From positions 2,532 to 66,531 of the forward strand of contig DUTP01000003.1 of assembly GCA_012842045.1 (NCBI GenBank): a stretch of DNA of 64,000 bases, given 5' to 3'. Each line of letters starts with the position of its first letter. The stretch's first letter is position 1. This DNA comes from Candidatus Dojkabacteria bacterium. GTDB lineage: Bacteria > Patescibacteriota > Dojkabacteria > SC72. The position numbers were made by a program, and so were the translations under genes. Below the pieces are notes generated by a model. That model was not told the DNA's origin and did no database searches. It saw only the letters and a program-made list of their open reading frames with translations. Below are positions 39,191-50,000 of this stretch, piece by piece.

Positions 39191-39422
39191 TGATATAATC
39201 AACCAACACATTGACCCAGCTATCACTGGTGAGTGAGGAAAGAAAGATATATTAATAAATATATTTAGTAGAATCCTAAACCTATACCAGGTTCTAAGAG
39301 AATATTAGAAATAGTATTCTAAAATAGGGTGGTACCGCGATACATTCGCCCCTTGTAGATATTAAAAGATATACAACTCTAAAACATATTGTATAACTCT
39401 TTTAGTAAATACAAGGGGTTTT
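39191..39422 (+). promoter_or_regulatory. T-box riboswitch leader (promoter, specifier region, T-box, terminator) upstream of ileS
   Basis: Extended -10 TGaTATAAT at 39191-39199. Canonical T-box AATAGGGTGGTACCGCG at 39323-39339. Terminator CCCCTTGTA...TACAAGGGG + TTTTTT at 39349-39426. AUCA in the candidate specifier region (gcuAUCAcugg). Confidence 0.55.
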
Positions 39423-39472
39423 TTGTTAGTATATATTTTAGAAAATAAAAAATAAATTAAATAAAAGATTGT

Positions 39473-42364
39473 ATGAGTAAAAACCTTAAACCAGTAAAAC
39501 CAAACCAAGACTTTGTACAGATGGAAAAAGACATTATGAAGTTCTGGGAAGATAATGATATTGAAAAGAAATATGTTGAAAGAAATAGAGGTGCAGAAAA
39601 ACATTTCTCCTTCATAGATGGACCAATTACTGCAAACAATCCAATGGGAGTACATCATGCATGGGGAAGAACATACAAAGATATTGTACAGAGATTTAAG
39701 AACATGCAAGGGTTTGAGCAAAGGTTTCAAAATGGTTTTGATTGTCAAGGGCTCTGGGTTGAGGTAGGTGTGGAGAGAGAGTTAGGTTTTAACAGTAAGA
39801 AGGATATTCAGGATTACGGTCTAGACAACTTCACAAACCAATGTATGGCTAGGGTAAACAAATTTTCTGGTATTCAAACAGAACAATCTAAGAGATTAGG
39901 AATGTTCATGGATTGGGAGAACAGCTACTATACAATGTCTAAGACAAATAACTTGTATATTTGGAAATTTCTTCAACTCTGTCATGAGAAGGGACTTTTG
40001 TACAAAGATAGGTCAGCAACAACATGGTGTCCAAGATGTGAGACGGGTCTCTCACAACATGAACAAGCTGATGGATACAAAGAGATAGCAGATAAATCGG
40101 TGTATGTATTCTTTAAGTTAAAAAATAATGATAAAAAAGAGGAATATGTCTTAGCATGGACAACAACACCATGGACTCTCTCATCTAATGTCCTTTTGGC
40201 TGTAAATCCAGAATTAGGATATGTAAAGACAGAGATTGATGGTAAGACAGTATATTTAGGTGCAGATAGTGCTAAACGATTAGGTTTGAATGATGTTGAA
40301 GAGATAGATATTAAGGATTTAATTGGTAAAGAGTATGAATCTCTACTTGATATTCCTGCACAGAAGGGTATTAAGCATAGCATTGTTGAGTGGGATTTAG
40401 TTGATTCAAAGACAGGGTCAGGTGTTGTACATATTGCACCGGGTTGTGGTCAGGAAGACTTTGAATTAGGACAAGAGTTAGGTGCAGATATAATCTCTCC
40501 TCTTGATTCCACAGGTCATTTTACAGAAGGTTTTGGATTCTTAGATGGTAAATATGCACATGATGTAGCAGATGAGGTAATTGAGGATCTAAAGAAACAA
40601 GGTCTTTTGTACAAAACAGAGGACTTTACTCACAGCTATCCTCACTGTTGGAGATGTAATACAAAGTGTTTGTTTAAGTTAGAAGATAACTGGTTCATTG
40701 ATGTACTAAAGATTAAAGATGAACTTAAGGAGGCAGCAAAAGATGTTAAATGGTTACCAGACTATGCAGGTAAGAGAATGCAAGGTTGGTTAGATAGTAT
40801 GGGGAATTGGATGATTAGTAGAAAAAGATTCTACGGTTTAGCCCTTCCTTTCTATGAATGTGAAAAGTGTGGTCATCTTCATGTAGTAGGTAGTTTGGAG
40901 GAATTAAAGGAGTTAGCAGTAAAGCCAGAGTTAGTAGAGAAACTTCATGATGTTCATAGACCTTGGATTGATGAAATTGAGATTAAATGTCCTAAGTGTG
41001 GTGAGAGTGTAAAGAGAGTAACAGATGTAGGAGACTGTTGGCTTGATGCAGGAGTAGTACCTTTCTCTACACTTGCATATCTTGATGACAAGAAATATTG
41101 GGAGAAATGGTTCCCAGCAGAATTAGTAATTGAGATGATAGAGCAGATTAGGTTGTGGTTCTACTCAATGCTTGTGTTTGGTGTTGTGTTTGAAAAGAAA
41201 GCACCATACAAAGAAGTAATGTGTTTTGCAGAGGTTAGAGATGAGAAGAATGAGAAGATGAGTAAGACTAAACCTAACTATGTAAAGTTTGATGATGCTG
41301 CAGACAAGATGGGTTCTGATATTTTAAGATGGAACTATGCTACAGCATCTATCGGTTCGAATATGAGGTTTGGATGGGGAACTTTGGAAGAAGTGAGGAG
41401 AAGATTCTACATTCAGCTTTGGAATTCATACAACTACTTTGTTACATATGCTAAGTTACATGATTGGGATTGGAAGAAATATGATGTCAAGAAACTAACA
41501 CATTTGATGGATAAATGGATGGTAGCTAAAACAAATGATTTAGTATTTAAGGTTAACAAGTGTTTAGATGAATACAATATGGCTACTGCATCAAGAGATA
41601 TTGAGGAGTATTGTAAAGATCTCTCACAATGGTATATCAGAAGGTCAAGGAACAGATTTAAGAGTGGAGATAGTGATGCCATTGGTACACTTCACTACAG
41701 TCTAGTCACTCTTTCTAAACTTCTAGCTCCATTTACACCATTCATAGCAGAGGAGATGTATCAGAATCTTGTTGTGAATATTGGTTTGAAGAGTGTAGAG
41801 TCTGTACATTTAGAGGATTATCCAACAGTTGATGAAGATGAGATTGATTCTAAGATACTTGAGAATATGCAAAGAGTTAGAGATATTGCGTCAAATGGTT
41901 TGAAGGTGAGAGAGAATGTTAGATTAAATCTAAGACAACCTCTCTCTAAAGCTTTTGTGAATATTAAAGATGAGGAATTAAGAAAGATTGTTAAAGAAGA
42001 GATTAATGTTAAGGAGATATTCTTCTCAGAGAAAGCTGAGAAAGGAGAAGGAATGAACACAGAAGGTGAGGGTAGTGATTTTGTTACAATTGATTGTAAT
42101 TTGACAGATGAATTAAAGAATGAGGCTTTTGTTAATGAATTTATGAGAAGATACAAGGATTTAAGAAAGAAGAAAGGTTTAAAGGTTGATGATATGGTAA
42201 CTCTTCATATTAAGATAGAGGAGAAGGATACAAAGAATCTTATCCAAAAGTATGTTGATGAGAACTTGCCAGAGTTCCATGCAAAGAGTGTTGAGATGAA
42301 TAATGTAACAACAGATGAAGAGATAGAGGTGATGGGTGTGAAGATAGGGGTAGGGATGAGTTAA
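39473..42364 (+). CDS. ileS: isoleucyl-tRNA synthetase (class I, zinc-containing C-terminus)
   Basis: FSFIDGPITANNPMGVHHAWG (degenerate HIGH), GFDCQGLW, editing-domain TTTPWTL, KMSKTKPN, CxxC clusters. 963 aa. Confidence 0.75.
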   Translation: MSKNLKPVKPNQDFVQMEKDIMKFWEDNDIEKKYVERNRGAEKHFSFIDGPITANNPMGVHHAWGRTYKDIVQRFKNMQGFEQRFQNGFDCQGLWVEVGVERELGFNSKKDIQDYGLDNFTNQCMARVNKFSGIQTEQSKRLGMFMDWENSYYTMSKTNNLYIWKFLQLCHEKGLLYKDRSATTWCPRCETGLSQHEQADGYKEIADKSVYVFFKLKNNDKKEEYVLAWTTTPWTLSSNVLLAVNPELGYVKTEIDGKTVYLGADSAKRLGLNDVEEIDIKDLIGKEYESLLDIPAQKGIKHSIVEWDLVDSKTGSGVVHIAPGCGQEDFELGQELGADIISPLDSTGHFTEGFGFLDGKYAHDVADEVIEDLKKQGLLYKTEDFTHSYPHCWRCNTKCLFKLEDNWFIDVLKIKDELKEAAKDVKWLPDYAGKRMQGWLDSMGNWMISRKRFYGLALPFYECEKCGHLHVVGSLEELKELAVKPELVEKLHDVHRPWIDEIEIKCPKCGESVKRVTDVGDCWLDAGVVPFSTLAYLDDKKYWEKWFPAELVIEMIEQIRLWFYSMLVFGVVFEKKAPYKEVMCFAEVRDEKNEKMSKTKPNYVKFDDAADKMGSDILRWNYATASIGSNMRFGWGTLEEVRRRFYIQLWNSYNYFVTYAKLHDWDWKKYDVKKLTHLMDKWMVAKTNDLVFKVNKCLDEYNMATASRDIEEYCKDLSQWYIRRSRNRFKSGDSDAIGTLHYSLVTLSKLLAPFTPFIAEEMYQNLVVNIGLKSVESVHLEDYPTVDEDEIDSKILENMQRVRDIASNGLKVRENVRLNLRQPLSKAFVNIKDEELRKIVKEEINVKEIFFSEKAEKGEGMNTEGEGSDFVTIDCNLTDELKNEAFVNEFMRRYKDLRKKKGLKVDDMVTLHIKIEEKDTKNLIQKYVDENLPEFHAKSVEMNNVTTDEEIEVMGVKIGVGMS

Positions 42365-42377
42365 AAAGATATTCTGC

Positions 42378-42417
42378 GGGTATATCGGAAGTTGAGATGT
42401 ATATTATGATATACCCA
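42378..42417. terminator. possible bidirectional terminator hairpin between convergent genes
   Basis: GGGTATATC ...22 nt... GATATACCC. No strong U-tract. Confidence 0.25.
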
Positions 42418-42437
42418 CAGGCTCAAAAAGATTGATG

Positions 42438-42869
42438 TTAACAACTTTTATATATACGACTTATTGCTGGTATATAGAATATAACAGTTTGTAAGATGCC
42501 TATAATGGCAGATATGCGGATATAGGAACAACAAGATAGAGCGGCAAGAAGACTAAGACCACAATTTATTCCCATGGCCATAAAACTACCTAAAGTTTCT
42601 AAAGGATGTGCATCAACAAGGACTGAGTCTTCAATGAGAAAAAATATGAGTGACACAAATATCATTGTCACATTTCCTATAATTGGGTGTGTTAGTGTTA
42701 TTCCGGAAAGTTTGTATTGTTCATGATTTATATAACAATTTACAAATCCGGCGACAATACCTAGGCAAAATATTGTCAAAATAAAAACATAAGAGAATTT
42801 CTTATCTTTCTCCATTTTTCCTCCTTCTGTTAATAACAAACTCATCAATCTTTTGTAAAAGAGCATCAT
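42438..42869 (-). CDS. small hypothetical membrane protein
   Basis: 143 aa with 3-4 TM helices. Confidence 0.35.
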   Translation of the reverse strand: MMLFYKRLMSLLLTEGGKMEKDKKFSYVFILTIFCLGIVAGFVNCYINHEQYKLSGITLTHPIIGNVTMIFVSLIFFLIEDSVLVDAHPLETLGSFMAMGINCGLSLLAALSCCSYIRISAIIGILQTVIFYIPAISRIYKSC

Positions 42870-42934
42870 ATTATACCATACTATAGGTCTAAGGCGCTAA
42901 TTTGTTTTCGAAAAATGAGATAAATAAGTAGAAC

Positions 42935-43459
42935 CTAATCCTTAACAACCTCTGTTTCAATACCAGTAATCTTTGTAAACTCTTGTGTAGCTTTCTCTAA
43001 GGTAGTACCACTCGCTACTGCTAATTCTCCTACAATATTCTTAATAGCAGATTCTAATTGTTTCTCAATACTAATAGGGATTAATCTACCTTCTTTCTCT
43101 CGATGTTTTTTAACAAAGTTACAAAACTGCAATATCTTTATAGTATCCTCTATATTTGCACTCTCTTCCAATTCTTTAAAGGTACTCAACATCATATTAA
43201 AATCTTTCACTTTTGGATCAACAGTAGGAGTCTTTTTTAATACTTTAATCTTCTCTTTTATCTCTTTAGCTGGTAAAACTGGTCTAATCCCCAATTTCTC
43301 GATATTCTCTACGGGAGTAGAGATACTAAGAAGGCTAGTAATTAATTCAAATTCAAAATACTTCTTTTTTTCTCCACCAAACTCAATCTCTTTCTCATTT
43401 CTAATCCAACCTGCACCATGTAATGGGTAAAAAACTTTTGAACCAACTTTCAAATTCAT
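42935..43459 (-). CDS. carD: CarD/CdnL-family RNA-polymerase-binding transcription factor
   Basis: N-terminal LKVGSKVFYPLHGAGWI matches the CarD_CdnL_TRCF domain signature (F.VGD.VVYP.HGAG). Confidence 0.65.
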   Translation of the reverse strand: MNLKVGSKVFYPLHGAGWIRNEKEIEFGGEKKKYFEFELITSLLSISTPVENIEKLGIRPVLPAKEIKEKIKVLKKTPTVDPKVKDFNMMLSTFKELEESANIEDTIKILQFCNFVKKHREKEGRLIPISIEKQLESAIKNIVGELAVASGTTLEKATQEFTKITGIETEVVKD

Positions 43460-43480
43460 AAAGGAAGTTTAATATATTAA

Positions 43481-44551
43481 TTGTTACATTATACCATAGA
43501 AATGATATACTTTGGTATGAATATTCTTTTGATTGGAGGCGGTACGGGAAGTACCGTTGTTTTAGAAGGGTTAAAGAAGAGAAGGGATCTCAAACTTTCT
43601 GTCATAGTGGGTATGATGGATGATGGAGGAAGCAATGCAGTTATGAGAGATGAGTTTGGTTTACTACCTCTTAGTGATGTGAGGAAGTCACTTCTTGCAT
43701 TGTATGATAGTGGGAATAATGAGGTTTTGAGAAAGTTGTTTCTTTATAGATTTGCATCTGGAGAGGGTATTAAGGGACATACTTTAGGAAATCTTCTAAT
43801 GGTTGCAATGACAGATATTCTTGGTAGTGAGATGGAAGCTATTGAGATGTTTAAAACAATGTTTGGAATTACAGGAGAGATTATTCCTGTAACTTTGGAT
43901 GATGTTAGATTGGTAGCAAAGTATCCTGATGGGAGTGTAATAGAAGGGGAGCATCTTATTGATGAACCTGAGAGTGATATGAATGTGTCCTCGATTACTT
44001 TAAAACCTAGTGCAAAAGCTACGAAACAAGCACTAGATGCTATTAAAAAAGCAGACTATATTCTTTTTGGTCCTGGTGATCTTTATACAACAACTCTACC
44101 TAATTTAGTTGTGAAGGGTATTAAAGAGGAATTAATTAGATCTAAGGCAAAACTTATATACATATCAAATCTAATTAGTAAGAAAGGACAAACTAGGAAA
44201 AGATCCCATTCTCAGTGTGTTGATATTATTACTGAGTATATAGGGAGGGATTTAGATTATGTATTAATTAATAATGGTAAGATTCCACAGACAGCATACA
44301 GAAGATATGTTAAAAAAGGTGAACATATTATGGAAGATGACCTTACTGATGTAAACTTTAGTGGGGAAATAATTAGGGAAGATTTAGTGGCTACAGAACC
44401 CATTAAGAGAGAGAAAGGGGACACTCTAGAAAGAAGTCTTGTTAGGCATGATAGTGATAAGTTGGCAAATGTACTCTATGATATCTTTGTTTCTAAGAAA
44501 GGACCTCTCTTGAAATGGTTGAATAAATTACTGTCATACTACAAGGATTAG
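43481..44551 (+). CDS. YvcK/CofD-family protein (UPF0052, gluconeogenesis factor-like)
   Basis: NILLIGGGTGSTVVLEGLKK N-terminal signature. 356 aa. Confidence 0.6.
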   Translation: MLHYTIEMIYFGMNILLIGGGTGSTVVLEGLKKRRDLKLSVIVGMMDDGGSNAVMRDEFGLLPLSDVRKSLLALYDSGNNEVLRKLFLYRFASGEGIKGHTLGNLLMVAMTDILGSEMEAIEMFKTMFGITGEIIPVTLDDVRLVAKYPDGSVIEGEHLIDEPESDMNVSSITLKPSAKATKQALDAIKKADYILFGPGDLYTTTLPNLVVKGIKEELIRSKAKLIYISNLISKKGQTRKRSHSQCVDIITEYIGRDLDYVLINNGKIPQTAYRRYVKKGEHIMEDDLTDVNFSGEIIREDLVATEPIKREKGDTLERSLVRHDSDKLANVLYDIFVSKKGPLLKWLNKLLSYYKD

Positions 44552-44553
44552 TT

Positions 44554-45150
44554 TTACATCCCTATTACATTCATAACACCTTGAACTTTCCTGCCCCACG
44601 CTTCTGCATTTGGAGGGCAGTACCATCTAGCCATTAATTGAGGTGTTTTTAAACCTTTAGAATAATATTTAGCAATACCAGCAGATACTTTCCATATTCC
44701 ATCTGTCCAGTTGTTAAAACCTCTTTTACCCCATCCCCAAGCATTGTAGGGTTTAAAGTTCTTTTTCCCTCCACCAGATTCGACTATAGATATGGCAGCT
44801 ACAATTCTGTAATCTATACCGTAATGATCTGCTGCTTTTATAAACTCATGTGCGAACTCTGATAAAGGAGATCTTCTTTTTGCTAGATAATTTCTTACTT
44901 TTACAATTCTTACATCTTCTGCAGGATTAATTTTTTCTTCAGAAGCTACTATTATTTCTTCCATCTCGATAGAATCCATTAAACCCTCTGCATTAAATCG
45001 AGTATATGTAGAACCAGTATTTTCAGTTAAATCTCCATAGAACTTTGAAACAGGTATCCTCTGAGATACTGAAGCAAATATAATCCCTAGGAATATGATA
45101 GCACTAATTACGCTTAGTAACTTTCTGCTTTTTAACCACATGGAACTCAT
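44554..45150 (-). CDS. secreted peptidoglycan hydrolase-like protein (glucosaminidase/lysozyme-like)
   Basis: Signal-anchor. IVAAISIVESGGG ... NAWGWG block. Confidence 0.35.
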   Translation of the reverse strand: MSSMWLKSRKLLSVISAIIFLGIIFASVSQRIPVSKFYGDLTENTGSTYTRFNAEGLMDSIEMEEIIVASEEKINPAEDVRIVKVRNYLAKRRSPLSEFAHEFIKAADHYGIDYRIVAAISIVESGGGKKNFKPYNAWGWGKRGFNNWTDGIWKVSAGIAKYYSKGLKTPQLMARWYCPPNAEAWGRKVQGVMNVIGM

Positions 45151-45256
45151 TTGTAATAATAAATAATGTTAGGCAGTTCCTACTACTATTATACCATTAT
45201 TCAACCCATAGTTGCAAGGAAGTGTGGAATCCTCCTATTTGTGGTAAGATGCACCT

Positions 45257-47002
45257 ATGATTAATCATGATTTTTCTAGATTAGAACTGAATATAGAAGG
45301 GGGAAAAGAGAAGGGGAGGAGACCTAGGAGAAGAAATTTAGAGATGGGTTCTGTAAAGGTGTTTAGTAAGAGAGTATTACTCTCTTTATTTTTACTTGCT
45401 TCTTTTTTTGTAATAGTTTTTCTGTTTTTTTCAGATAGAGATGCTTTTCTTGCTAGTTCTAGGTATTTATTTAGTTTAAAGAGAAAATCATATATTTATG
45501 ATACTTTTACCATATCTTTTGAGAAAGAAGTACCAGAAGAGTTTAAGAATTTGTTTGTTGATGGTTTGAAAGACATTGAGTTTAACGGGAAGAATAGATT
45601 TGCTTTTAAAGATAAGGGAGGAGATTTTGTTATTTCTTTAGAAGAAGGGGAAGGCAAAGAGGTTGTGTATAGTAAAGATTTTATTCCAGTCGGACACCTC
45701 TATTCATTAACAACAAATATCGGTAAGGAGGATTTAGGAAATAAGAATGTGTATATGTTGGATGGTGATTTAAAGGATTTCTTAGAGAAGCAGTATGGGA
45801 TGTCTGTAAGTGTTTTAGATAGTAGAGAAAAATTAGTTTCGAAGCTTGCTGAGAGTGATAATAATATTGCTTTAGTGAGTTTTGGTACTCTTGGCTATGA
45901 TTTGAAGGTAATACCTTTTGATGGTAAGTACTATTTGGATAATAGGGAAGGAGGTATTGCTCTGAGATTTTACTCTTCTGTAAAAGATGAAGATGCTTTT
46001 ATCTTGCCTGTTATGACTAGACATATTGATTCTTCTGATGGTTCTTTTGATAGTGAGAGGCTGGCTAAAGTTAATATGGGTGGTGTTGTTGCTATTTCAA
46101 GAAATTTAGCTAGGAAGATGATTAATGTTGGAAGTAATACTTATCCAGCAGATGGTATTGGGAAGTTTTTGGCTGATGCAGATCTGACTCATGTTTCTAA
46201 TGAGGCTTCTTTTGTTCCTGGTTGTACTCCTACTGCTAGTATGACTTTTTGTACTAAACCTGAGCATATTGAGGTACTAAAGCTTAGTGGGGTAGATATT
46301 GTAGAGCTTACAGGGAATCATAATAATGATTATGGGAGTAAGTATAGTGCTAGTACTATAAAAACTTACAAGGATTTGGGGTGGAGGTATTTTGGTGGTG
46401 GACTAGATAGTGAGGATGCTAGTAAGATTCTGTATGAGGAAGTTAAGGGTAGTAAGATAGCTTTTCTTGGTTACAATTATTATGATAGTGTGCTTAATAA
46501 TTATGGTCCGTTGGCAGGAAAGGGAAAATCTGGAGCAAATGCATATAGTGAGGAGAAGGTAAAAAAGGATATTGCTGAGGCAAAAAAGAATGCTGATATA
46601 GTTATTGTTAGCTTTCAATTCCAGGAGTGTTATTGTTATCCTGATGGTGATGTTATTTATCCAATTTGTTACAAACCACTTAGTTCTCCTGACCAGAAGG
46701 GTGTTTTTAGAAAAGCTATTGATTTGGGTGCGAATATAGTTGTTGGTACACAGGCTCACCAGCCTCAGACTTATGAGTTGTATAATGATGGTGTTATTTT
46801 CTATGGTTTAGGTAATCTTTTCTTTGATCAGTATATATGGATTGGTACTAGACAGGGACTTGTACTTACGCATTATTTTTATGAGGGAAAGCATATTCAG
46901 ACAAAGGTGGTACCGATATATATGGGTAAGGATTTTAAGGTTAATCTTGCTACTAAAGAACAAGGAGACTTACTATTGAAATTACTTAAAGAAGCGAGGT
47001 AA
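45257..47002 (+). CDS. CapA/PgsA-family metallophosphoesterase (poly-gamma-glutamate capsule biosynthesis-like)
   Basis: DIVIVSFQFQEC ... GANIVVGTQAHQPQ matches CapA blocks. N-terminal TM. Confidence 0.6.
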   Translation: MINHDFSRLELNIEGGKEKGRRPRRRNLEMGSVKVFSKRVLLSLFLLASFFVIVFLFFSDRDAFLASSRYLFSLKRKSYIYDTFTISFEKEVPEEFKNLFVDGLKDIEFNGKNRFAFKDKGGDFVISLEEGEGKEVVYSKDFIPVGHLYSLTTNIGKEDLGNKNVYMLDGDLKDFLEKQYGMSVSVLDSREKLVSKLAESDNNIALVSFGTLGYDLKVIPFDGKYYLDNREGGIALRFYSSVKDEDAFILPVMTRHIDSSDGSFDSERLAKVNMGGVVAISRNLARKMINVGSNTYPADGIGKFLADADLTHVSNEASFVPGCTPTASMTFCTKPEHIEVLKLSGVDIVELTGNHNNDYGSKYSASTIKTYKDLGWRYFGGGLDSEDASKILYEEVKGSKIAFLGYNYYDSVLNNYGPLAGKGKSGANAYSEEKVKKDIAEAKKNADIVIVSFQFQECYCYPDGDVIYPICYKPLSSPDQKGVFRKAIDLGANIVVGTQAHQPQTYELYNDGVIFYGLGNLFFDQYIWIGTRQGLVLTHYFYEGKHIQTKVVPIYMGKDFKVNLATKEQGDLLLKLLKEAR

Positions 47003-47003
47003 G

Positions 47004-50000
47004 TTAGTTAATGGAGTTACCTTTTATTCTAATAAAGACACCCTCGCTATTACCTATTTTAATTTCATCCCCAAAAATATTATTTTCATTATCTTTTACT
47101 GTATACAAGAAATGACTCTTTGGCATACTCCATTGTGCGATTTGATGCATTAAGTTAAATTCTTGGTCATTTAATATGTCTTGTGCAGTTTTGTTAGTAT
47201 CTGAAGATAATGTCTTTGATGGTATTAGATGCCAACCACTTCTTAAATCTTCAATCTTAAGAGGAATGGGTATTGCAGCTCCTTTAACTGTGAATTTGAA
47301 GTCTAATCTTGCTTTTGATAGAACTAAGTATGTATTTCCACTGATTAGTGGGAAGTCTGGTCCAAATATTTTGTATAGACCAGTTTCACTATCCTTTTCT
47401 AGTTGTACTATTTTAACCCAGCTTCCATTCTGAAAAAGAGCAACTGTGGTGACCCTGTTATCAGACATGTTTATCAATTCATGTGCTGTTGTCGGGGCAG
47501 AACTCTGCTCTCCAATCACATATACAGGATTGATGAAGTTGTATCCTTCACTTATCTTATACTCTTTTGTGTTAAGGCTACAGTAATCGATTGCTATTTC
47601 TCTTCTTATCTCTCCAGGTATCTCCTTGCAGATGTATGGTTTTAATTTGGATAAAGTCTCATTGTTGTCATTGTAACAACATATGTTTGGAGTCTCTATG
47701 ACTCTTCCATCTGTGGTGCATGTTTTACCTATCTTAACATCTTTGTCCTCTATACCACTTCCTTCTGGATATATGCAAATACAGCCAGATTCGTTTTCAC
47801 AATCCCTATCTTCATCTGTTATATATAATTTTTCCTTACCGTATGTGTTCTTAGGTTCAATACTGCCATCTCTTTTACATACATCCTTATTAGTTACTAC
47901 CGCCCAATCAGGTTCTCTAGATATTTCGTCCCACTGGCATATACAATTGTTTCTATCGTTGCAATGCAGATCATTGTCCAAGGGTATATGAAGTATCGTT
48001 CTGATAATTTGAGGGTCAGGTAATGGTGTACAGGCTTCTCCCTGTTTAACTACCAGTTCTGTATTTGCCTCATCTGAGTACATGCAGATACAACCTTTTT
48101 CATTTTCACATACCATATATCTATCGCCCATTTGAATTTCTTCTTTACCGTATCTGTCAACAGGTACAACATCTCCTGGAGGGATTGCTAAACATACATA
48201 TTTATTTTCAACATCTTTCTGTATTCTTGGATCTACTTCGAGCCAGTAGCATATACATCCTTTTCTGTTGTTACAATGTTGGTCTTCATCTGTAATATAG
48301 AGTATGGTTTTTCCATCTCCTCTGATTATTGTACCATCTTTGCCACAGAAATCTCCCAGCTCTACTCTCTCTGTTCTTTCTGGAGGACCTGGATATATAC
48401 ATATACAACCATTTTCATTTTCGCATATAACATCAGTATCCCCTATAATTATGTCTTCTGGGTCATCTTCACTTTCTTTACATTTCTTCCCACATGGTAC
48501 TTCTTTTAAGTATCCTTTATATTCCTCACCATCTTTACTTCTAAAACACTCACAACCACCACCATCCCAACATGTTTCTCCTATGATAATATCTGCCTTA
48601 CCTGGTGGATCTTCAGAACAGTCCTTGTTTCCACCATCACTCTCACTTGGTGGCCCGAATCGACTCCCAGGACCTCCTGGACCTCCACCACCTTTGGTTG
48701 TACCTTTACACACTTCTTCTGAGCTAAACCATTCCATACCTTCATCATCTAGTTGATGACAACGAGTACGAGTGTTTTTTGTTTCTTCACATCCATCATC
48801 TCCCCAATCTGCTGTTCCCCAACATTTATACCAAGGGCCTCCATCAAGACAGTATTCATTTCTTCTAACTTTGAATGGGCCTACAACTTTTAGACCTCCT
48901 ATTACAACAGTACATTCACAACCAGTTATATGTTGACAAAGATGTTCTTCAGACCAAGGATCCATTTGTGGGTGAATGTATACTGTTTTCTCCTCTAATC
49001 CTTCCTCCGTGTATTCTGATTCTCCACCACTCAGCATTTTATCTAGATTGATGGAAGCATTACTATAATTACATGCGTTATGATCTGCGGGAATTAATGA
49101 ATATCCACTATAATAATCTTGAGAACTGCCTATATTTATATAATTTTCAACACCTTCTGTTGTTTTTTCTGCTCCACCAAATAAATATAAAGGACTAAGT
49201 GGCATTTCACTCTGTGCAGTTATTATAGCGTAATGATAATTAGTCTTAGTCCAGTATTTTAACCCATCAAAAAGGGAGCCATCACATCCTGATTTGTATT
49301 TTGCACCCCACTTAGCGTTTGTTTCTATTTTTTCACCCATTAAACGAACGACGTCATCAGAGATTATATCTCTTCTCTTTTTTTTGTCTGTAACCTCCTC
49401 CATATCTAAGAACTCTTGTTCTGATATTGTTCCACCACAATTTGCATAAAGAGTTCCCATCTTAGCAAGCTTTATGAACCAGTCTAATTGATCTTTAAAA
49501 TTTACATAGAGGTCATCTAATCCCGGATCGACACCAAAATCGTGAGTATTATTTGCATTTATTGCTACGTAATTACTGCCAGCAGTTTCTTGGTACCACA
49601 TTGTCAGAGCAAACCATGGGTTTACACCAGATTCCATACTTGTACAGTAAACATCATTGAAACATATTTCTACATAGTTAGCCTTACTATCTGAGTTCTC
49701 TCTTCCGTAATGTCTATCTGCAATAGCTTTTAACCATCCCCAAGAGTAATAAGATCCTGCATAACTCACTACGAAAGCTTCATTATTTATTTCTATACCA
49801 GTTAAACAGTTTGCAGGAAGTTTAAGTCGTTCACCTGGAGTTTGAGCACTACCATCAGCATAAACTCTTCTAACCAACATACTGTTTAATTTCTCTCTTA
49901 ATATCTCTTTAGTACTAATCTGTGCATACTCCTGTTTTGTATACTTTTTCCCCTGAGAGTCAAACGCATATGATCCAACATACCAAGAGTTAATCATAAT

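Noticed and set aside
39362-39748. Minus-strand 128-aa ORF and other short antisense ORFs (e.g. 1222..1416, 2175..2435, 19132..19458, 22558..23022)
   Set aside because: All lie antisense within well-supported long genes or leaders and have low-complexity composition, so they are likely non-coding.
47600-48700. Possible CRISPR-like or DNA tandem-repeat array
   Set aside because: The periodicity reflects protein-level Cys-rich modules inside one long ORF. There are no short direct repeats with unique spacers, and no CRISPR array anywhere in the window.
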